NCBI GenBank assembly: GCA_051652765.1
Contig: JBOFUV010000127.1
Span: 1-10,826 of the forward strand
Direction of reading: 5' to 3'
Origin: Microcoleaceae cyanobacterium
GTDB lineage: Bacteria > Cyanobacteriota > Cyanobacteriia > Cyanobacteriales > Microcoleaceae
DNA length: 10,826 nt
Shown here one piece after another: positions 1 through 6,200 of the stretch. The translations under genes were made by a program, and so were the position numbers. The notes beneath the pieces are model-generated. The model saw only the letters and a program-made list of their open reading frames with translations, did no database searches and had not been told where the DNA came from. Within the stretch, counting starts at the first letter, position 1; every line of letters begins with the position of its first letter.

Positions 1-197
1 TTGTTCAGGGGGGGGGAAGTACTTCGATGATCAGTCGCTTAGGGCAGGTGATTTATACTGCAACAAGCCTAAATCCTGAAGCAAAAGTTTGGATTTCTGT
101 TGAGGGAGAACCTTTAAAAGTACTGGGAGGAGAGGGATTGGAAATTCCTCAACCGAGTACTCGTGCCAATTTTTCAACTGAATTTCAGATGGAATAG
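1..197 (+). CDS. 3' end of a GerMN-domain protein (5'-truncated by the window edge)
   Basis: Not in the ORF track. The frame from base 3 reads [64 protein letters not shown], with TAG at 195-197. GGGS-SM--RL-Q--YT-T...V-I-VEG...GGEGL matches the cyanobacterial GerMN C-terminus as I recall it. Confidence 0.85.
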   Translation, partial: VQGGGSTSMISRLGQVIYTATSLNPEAKVWISVEGEPLKVLGGEGLEIPQPSTRANFSTEFQME

Positions 198-220
198 TTA
201 GATGGAATAGTTAGATGGAA
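187..220 (+). repeat. 13-bp tandem repeat (AGATGGAATAGTT x2.6) spanning the GerMN stop codon
   Basis: Exact copies at 187-199 and 200-212, plus a partial AGATGGAA at 213-220. Confidence 0.95.
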
Positions 221-516
221 ATGTACGCTGTCATCAGATACAATTCCTCAAATTTCTGCTATTTGACAGCATCCCATTCCCTGAAATTGACCCAACAAAT
301 AACAAACATAGAAGTCAAAACTTCGGGGCTTGCAGGCCCCAGTAGAGAGAATGTTGACGTAGATAGTGCATTGGTTTTAAGCTGTAGCCCAGTATTAGTA
401 ATTCTAGCTTTCTATTACTCTCCAGCTTCTGAGGGCCAAAAACCCTCTCTGACAACGCTTTCAGGCACTTTTGTCAAGCCGATAGGGTTTTGCCCTGTTA
501 CCTATCTCTATCATTT

Positions 517-522
517 GAGGGC
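517..522 (+). promoter_or_regulatory. Possible Shine-Dalgarno sequence for the ZIP-cNMP gene
   Basis: GAGGG at 517-521, 9 nt before the ATG at 531. Confidence 0.45.
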
Positions 523-530
523 TTATTGTT

Positions 531-2360
531 ATGTTTGAAACCGTTTTTTGGAGTGCTTTTGTCGCTGGGATCATCAGTGCTTGCTCAATGCCGTTAGGAG
601 CGTTAACTTCCCTATTTTGGCAGCCTAGAAAGCGAGTATTGGCATTTTTGGTTGCATTCGGAGGAGGAGCTTTACTGGCTGCTATAGTCATCGATCTAGT
701 TGGCAATGTTAAAGAAAAAGGCCATATTTTAGAGTTGATCATTGGCTCAATTATTGGGAGTTTGTTCTTCACTCTAGTCAATCAAATCGTGAATAATTCA
801 GGAGGTTTTTTACGCAAGCCATCGACTCTTTTAACTCACCTAAATCAACAAAAAAGCCGTAGCTTTAAACAGCGAATGGGTCAGTTACAACGGCTGGAGT
901 TCTTTCGAGATTTGCCCCAAGAGGTACAACAAAAACTGGTTCAGCTTCTATGGTTTGTGAGCTATCCCAAAGGCACAACTCTCTATCGTCAAGGCGATCC
1001 GAGTGAAAGTCTCTATATTATTGATGAAGGGAAAATAGATTTATTAGATCCGCAAGCCGAATTGTCTTCATTAAAGCATCTCACAACCAATGATTTATTT
1101 GGTAAATTCGCATTTTTTACTGGGAGTCCTCATCAAACCAGTGCTGTTGCGATGGACGAGACTAAACTAGCAGTTTTATCTCGTTCAAATTTTGAAGAAT
1201 TATTAGAAACTTCTCCTTATCTAGTGGATGAAACTGAACAATATATCCAGGGGGAGGAAATCGCCGATTATCTGCAAAAGCATCAGGGATTAAGTGCAAC
1301 TGAAGTTCAAGCATGGGTCAATCTAGCCATCAAAACCATCCGTCAGGACAGAAAAATTCCGCCAGCAGTGGCCATAGAGCAGAAAGAAGCTGAATTTCTG
1401 AGATTAGCCCGTCAGATTCGCCAATTCCCTGTGTTTAGCTATTTGCCGCAAGAAGACCTTGAAGAAATTGCGGCTCGTTTAATCTATCGGCCCATAGAAA
1501 GTGGTTATGCTTTTTTTCAACCGAGTGAAGCGGCTGATCGTTTGTACCTGCTTCATCAGGGACATGTCGAGATTTTGTATCCAAATCATCTGAACACCCC
1601 TTCTCTAGTTTTGACCGCTGGGGATGCTTTTGGAGAACTAGCCTTCATTACCTGCGCGCTGCATACTGTAACCGCGATCGCCAAAACAGATGGAGCGGTA
1701 TGGGTGCTGAGACGGCAAGACTTTCTCGAAGTCCTGCAGCAGTCTAAAAACCTGGAAGAGAGTGTCAAGACCTTTGTGGAAACTCCCCGAATCAAGGACT
1801 ATCTTCAAAAGCGACAAAACTTTGATCCGACTAAGACTACTGAATGGGTCAGGCAAGCTTTGGAAAATATGAACGCAGGGCAATTAATGCCTGCGGTAAC
1901 AACGATGTCTGAGGATATTGGCTCCCATAACAACGCCCCGATGTCAATTTGGCTAGGCTTACTCATGGATTCAATTCCTGAAGCGTTAACCATTGGAGCG
2001 CAACTGTCCCATCATCCCATCAGCACTTCACTCCTGGCTGGGCTATTCATCGCCAACTATCCAGAAGCGCTGTCAAGTTCAAGGGGAATGAAAGAGCAAG
2101 GCTTTTCTAACTCCAAGATTTTGACAATGTGGACTTCTATTATGCTATTAACTGGGATTTTATCGGCTGTTGGTAGTGTGCTGTTTGCGAGTGCATCAGA
2201 ATCAGTGATTTCATTACTAGAGTCTACGGCGGCTGGAGCCATCCTAACTGTGATTGCAGAAACCATGCTACCAGAAGCCTATGCCAAGGGAGGTTCAATT
2301 GTCGGATTATCTACCTTATTGGGCTTTCTTGTCATTATTGTGATCAAAAGCCTGGAATAA
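531..2360 (+). CDS. ZIP (ZupT/GufA-like) metal transporter with two inserted cyclic-nucleotide-binding domains
   Basis: aa 1-90 hold three hydrophobic segments with ZIP-like motifs (SMPLGA, AFGGGALLAAIVIDL). aa ~119-235 and ~296-412 are CAP/cNMP-fold domains (LYRQGDPSESLYIIDEG...FGKFAF; FFQPSEAADRLYLLHQG...FGELAF). aa ~469-609 form the ZIP C-terminal half (LMDSIPEA, IANYPEALSS, AAGAILTVIAETMLPEA). Confidence 0.85.
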   Translation: MFETVFWSAFVAGIISACSMPLGALTSLFWQPRKRVLAFLVAFGGGALLAAIVIDLVGNVKEKGHILELIIGSIIGSLFFTLVNQIVNNSGGFLRKPSTLLTHLNQQKSRSFKQRMGQLQRLEFFRDLPQEVQQKLVQLLWFVSYPKGTTLYRQGDPSESLYIIDEGKIDLLDPQAELSSLKHLTTNDLFGKFAFFTGSPHQTSAVAMDETKLAVLSRSNFEELLETSPYLVDETEQYIQGEEIADYLQKHQGLSATEVQAWVNLAIKTIRQDRKIPPAVAIEQKEAEFLRLARQIRQFPVFSYLPQEDLEEIAARLIYRPIESGYAFFQPSEAADRLYLLHQGHVEILYPNHLNTPSLVLTAGDAFGELAFITCALHTVTAIAKTDGAVWVLRRQDFLEVLQQSKNLEESVKTFVETPRIKDYLQKRQNFDPTKTTEWVRQALENMNAGQLMPAVTTMSEDIGSHNNAPMSIWLGLLMDSIPEALTIGAQLSHHPISTSLLAGLFIANYPEALSSSRGMKEQGFSNSKILTMWTSIMLLTGILSAVGSVLFASASESVISLLESTAAGAILTVIAETMLPEAYAKGGSIVGLSTLLGFLVIIVIKSLE

Positions 2361-2390
2361 GTAAATGGTTGCAATTAATTGTTAGAAAGG

Positions 2391-2433
2391 AGGGGGTCTG
2401 GGCTTGCCCCAGGAAGGAGACAATACCCCCTTC
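2391..2433. repeat. GC-rich hairpin element (REP-like dispersed repeat or weak terminator) downstream of the ZIP gene
   Basis: AGGGGGT (2391-2397) pairs with ACCCCCT (2425-2431) and encloses CTGGG-cttgc-CCCAG (2398-2412). Only TT follows, so there is no proper U tract. Confidence 0.5.
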
Positions 2434-2481
2434 AGTTCCAATCTGCACCAGTAAGAAAATATAGCCTTTAATCTTAAACTA

Positions 2482-3180
2482 ATGTACGCTTTAATTTCCC
2501 GCGAAAAGATTCAACTTCCCCCTGGAACAGTTGTGCGAATGCTGTGTTCTTGGCAGGACTATAAAATATTGGCCGAAAGTCGGGGCGACGGTTCAATTCC
2601 TCGGATGAAATATCATGATGGAGAAGTTCTACTGATGAACCCACTGCCAGTTCATGGTCGTAACGCCAATATTTTGGGTGATATCATTAAGGTTTTATTG
2701 GATAGTCAGAATCGCAACTATGAAGCCTTTACTCCAATTACAATGGAACTCCAAGAAGCCGGAGGAATTGAACCGGATTATTGCTTTTACATTGATAATT
2801 GGGGAAAAGTTGTTGGGCGAGATCGATTGAATTGGGAAGTCGATCCTCCCCCTGATTTAGTGCTTGAAATTGACGTGACAAGTTATACAAATGCAGAGGA
2901 TTACTTACCCTATAGAGTGCCAGAAGTCTGGTTGTTTAAAAAAGATAAACTGACCATTCATCGACTCCAAAGCCATCAATTACGCCATCAATTACAAAGT
3001 CATCAATTACAGAGTCAAAAACAAGACCCTGCTGAACAGCAATCTTATCAATTGCAAACGATGAGCCATTTTTTCCCTGAAATCGACTTGCATTGTCTAG
3101 TCCAGCAGTGCTTAGAATCCGCTAGCGAGAAGGGTTCAGGGGCTGCGATTCGAGAATTGCGGCAAAGATTAACCCAGTGA
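2482..3180 (+). CDS. Uma2 family (DUF820) putative endonuclease, PD-(D/E)XK fold
   Basis: Motifs SWQDY, RMKYHDGEVLLMNPLPVH, GIEPDYCFY, PPPDLVLEIDVTS and Y..YRVPEVWL are typical of cyanobacterial Uma2 proteins. Confidence 0.92.
   Translation: MYALISREKIQLPPGTVVRMLCSWQDYKILAESRGDGSIPRMKYHDGEVLLMNPLPVHGRNANILGDIIKVLLDSQNRNYEAFTPITMELQEAGGIEPDYCFYIDNWGKVVGRDRLNWEVDPPPDLVLEIDVTSYTNAEDYLPYRVPEVWLFKKDKLTIHRLQSHQLRHQLQSHQLQSQKQDPAEQQSYQLQTMSHFFPEIDLHCLVQQCLESASEKGSGAAIRELRQRLTQ
2974..3010 (+). repeat. In-frame short repeat CATCAATTAC x3 (HQL repeats) inside Uma2
   Basis: Copies at 2974-2983, 2986-2995 and 3001-3010, spaced 12 and 15 nt, encoding SHQLRHQLQSHQLQS. Confidence 0.9.
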
Positions 3181-3216
3181 TGATCCAGTGATTACAACGA
3201 GGAATTAAACCAGGGA

Positions 3217-6200
3217 CTATCGCCGACCTTCCAACCAATAAGTTCTCATGTAGCCTTTTCCTTTCACCTCAATCACCCCTCGCTCCTCAAACCAATAGCG
3301 GTGGTCAAGTAAGCGTTTTGTGTTTTCTGTCACTTGAATTTTGCCTGCAATTCCCCTGGACTCCATGCGAGAGGCAACATTCACTGCATCTCCCCACAAA
3401 TCATAGATAAACTTGCGGGTTCCAATCACTCCTGCAACAACAGGCCCAGTATTAATCCCAATCCGCAATTGCAAAGGCTTACCATCGACTCGACTAAAGC
3501 GGGTGATAGCATGTTGCATCTCTAAAGCCATTTCTGCTGAAGCTTCGGCATGATCACTGCGAAGGTCAGGAATGCCGCCTGCAACCATGTAGGAATCCCC
3601 AATGGTCTTAATTTTCTCAAGGTGATGTTTTTGAGCGAGTTCATCAAAAACGGAAAAAATTTCATTCAGCCAATCGACTAACTCTTGAGGTGAAATTTGG
3701 GCAGAAAGCTCTGTAAAGCTCACAATATCTGCAAATAAAATTGTGGCTTGATCAAAGCGATCCGCTATTGATTGCACATCTTGCTTGAGCCGTTCGGCAA
3801 TTGACTGAGGCAGAATGTTTTGCAACAGTCGTTCTGACTTATGTTGCTCAACTTGCAGCGCGTCCAGCATTCGCTTGCGTTCTGTGGTGTTGTGAGCAAC
3901 CCAGATCACCCGCTCATCCGGCAGGGGAGAAACTGTTGCTGCAAACCAGGTAACTTCGTCAGTCCCAGAGTCAAGGAGATTGTACGGGTTTTGGCTGGAT
4001 TCATCATACGGCTTGAAAAGAGGCAAACTATACTCAATCGTTTGAGTTTTGCCCGTTTCCAAAACTCTCAGAATATGGTGATAAAACAGGCAGGCTTGAG
4101 TCGTAGGAAGAACTTCAAAGACAGTCTTCCCAAGGCAGCTAGATGCTGGACTATACAGTGCATCTGAGTTTGTTGTAATAATTTTCTGATACCGTCCCTC
4201 TCCATCAAAGACTGTAATCACGTCTGTCATGGCAGCAAATAAAGCTCGGAGTTCTGCTTCCGAAGCTCTCAAGGCTGCCTCTATCCGTTTCCGTTCAGTG
4301 ATTTCTCGAACTAGCTCGGCAGTCCGTTCATCAACTCTGAATTCTAAAGCATCCATGGCCTCCTGCAGGGACAATTCTGCCTGTTTGCGTTCTGTGATGT
4401 CGATGACACTGCCTTCGTAGTAGAGCACATGACCGCCGCGATCGCGAACTGCAAAGGCATTCTCCGAGATCCAGTACAACTCCCCATCTTGACGGCGAAT
4501 CTGAGACTCAAAGCCCATAACTGATCCGTGTTCATCAATCAGGCGAATAAATTCTTGCCGTCGATTCGGACTGACGTAGAGTTGTCCAGCAATATTGACA
4601 ATGCTTTCAACCATCCTCTCAGGGGAGTCATAGCCATACATATGGGCCAAGGCCGGATTGGCACGGAGATAGCGACCATCCGGAGTTGTTCTGAAGATCC
4701 CTTCAATCGCGTTTTCAAAGATACTGCGGTAATCGGCTTCAGTCTGCTTCAGGGCTTCTTCAGCCTGCTTGCGTTTGGTAATGTCAATCCCGACAAAAAA
4801 AGCCGCCTGACTATTGTTATATTTGTGGGCCGCAATCAAAAAGTTGTGGGGTTGACCATTGATTAAAGACAGAATTTCCCGATCACTGTCCTGATCGGGT
4901 CTAGAAAAGAAATCCCGGACAAATTCATTGAACTGGGGACTGCTGTCTAAAAAGCCAATATAACGATTAATAAATGTTTCGGGGGGAAGATCGAAGATAT
5001 CCGCCAGATATTGATTCACCCCCAAATAACACAAATCTGAACTAATCCAAGAGACCATGCCAGGAATCACCTCTAGGATTGTTTTCAGTTGATCCTGAGA
5101 GGCTTTTAAGGCCGCTTCTGCTTTTCTGCGGGCAGTAATATCAATCCCGATCACAAACGCTTCTTGATCTTGATTATACTTCTGGGCAATGATCCAGTAA
5201 TGGTGCTGCTCTCCTTGAACCAAAGCGGTCACTTCTTGGGATGCATCTCGGTTTGAAATGGCAAACAAATGTTGAATAAATTGATTGAACTGGAACCCGC
5301 CCCCAAGGAACCCGATGTGCTGATCGGTGAATTGTTCTCGCTGTAAGTCGTGAATATCTGCCAGTCGCTGGTTTACCTCTATGTAGGTCGAGTCTGAACG
5401 CACCCAGGAAACCGTCCCAGGTACCGCTTCCAGCACGGTTTGCAATCGAGCATTGGCAGTTCGCAACGCCTCCTCGATTTGACGACGCTGAGTAATATCA
5501 ATTCCAACAATAAAAGCCGCTTGATTGTGATCATATTTCTGCGCCACAACCAGATAATGACGCATCTCCCCGCCGCTGACCTTGGTAAAGACTTCGCGAC
5601 TGGCTTCTAATTCTGGACTCTCAAACAGATCTTGGACAAAATCACTAAACTCAGAACTGGTGCCCAAGAACCCGATATCCTGACCTGAAAAGTCTTCACG
5701 GGGCAAGCCAAAAATATCGGCTAGCCGCTGATTGACCTCGATGTAGTGCAAATCCGAACGAATCCAAGATACTGTACCGGGCACTGCACTCAATACAGTT
5801 TGTAGCCGCATGTTGGCGATTTGCAATTCTTCACGGGCGTGCTGATGTTCGATAATTTCTTTCAGCAGTTGCCGATTGGTCACTTTTAGATGGTTCGTTC
5901 GTTCTTCAACCAACTGCTCTAGCTGTTGATTGATCTTTTCCAGTTCTGTTTCATACTGCTGCCGTTTTTCAATTTCTGCCTGCAACTGCGCCCTTGCCGC
6001 TTCTAGCTCAATCGACTTTTGCTCCAGTTCTTCCGCTCGCTCAATACTTTGACTTACTTCTGCCAGGAGATGAGTCACCATCTCTCTGGGGTTGAAATGA
6101 TTTTCCTCAAACCCCAACCAAGGCAAGGGCCGAATTCGTTCTGGGCTAGTATAAATCACGTTAAATTGACCCTCAGATTGAGCTTGACCAATACGACAGA

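Noticed and set aside
187..220. CRISPR array
   Set aside because: The repeats are directly adjacent, have no spacers and are too short, and there are no cas genes.
314..358. Resemblance of GTCAA...GGGGCTTG...GTTGAC to the 5' part of HEARO/IscB omega-RNA or IS200/IS605 ends
   Set aside because: Only a few short words match, I see no downstream conserved elements, and there is no iscB, tnpB or tnpA gene nearby. An Infernal scan would settle it.
300..530. Known metal riboswitch (yybP-ykoY, NiCo, M-box) or Zur box before the ZIP gene
   Set aside because: I could not find their conserved sequence motifs, and there is no TGATAATnATTATCA-like box.
215..538. 107-aa ORF on the + strand
   Set aside because: Its ATG comes from the 13-bp tandem repeat, it has no recognisable motif, and it overlaps the ZIP start. 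More likely non-coding leader.
461..2266. Minus-strand ORFs at 461-781, 1586-1795, 1638-1883, 1805-1993 and 2057-2266
   Set aside because: Antisense shadows of the ZIP-cNMP gene with no protein family features.
2482..3180. Uma2 as effector of a cyclic-nucleotide anti-phage system (Pycsar/CBASS-like) with the cyclase and cNMP-membrane protein
   Set aside because: The cyclase is a multi-sensor signalling enzyme with ATP-specifying residues and lies on the opposite strand. The membrane protein is a ZIP, Uma2 genes are abundant and scattered in cyanobacteria, and there is no defence-island context.
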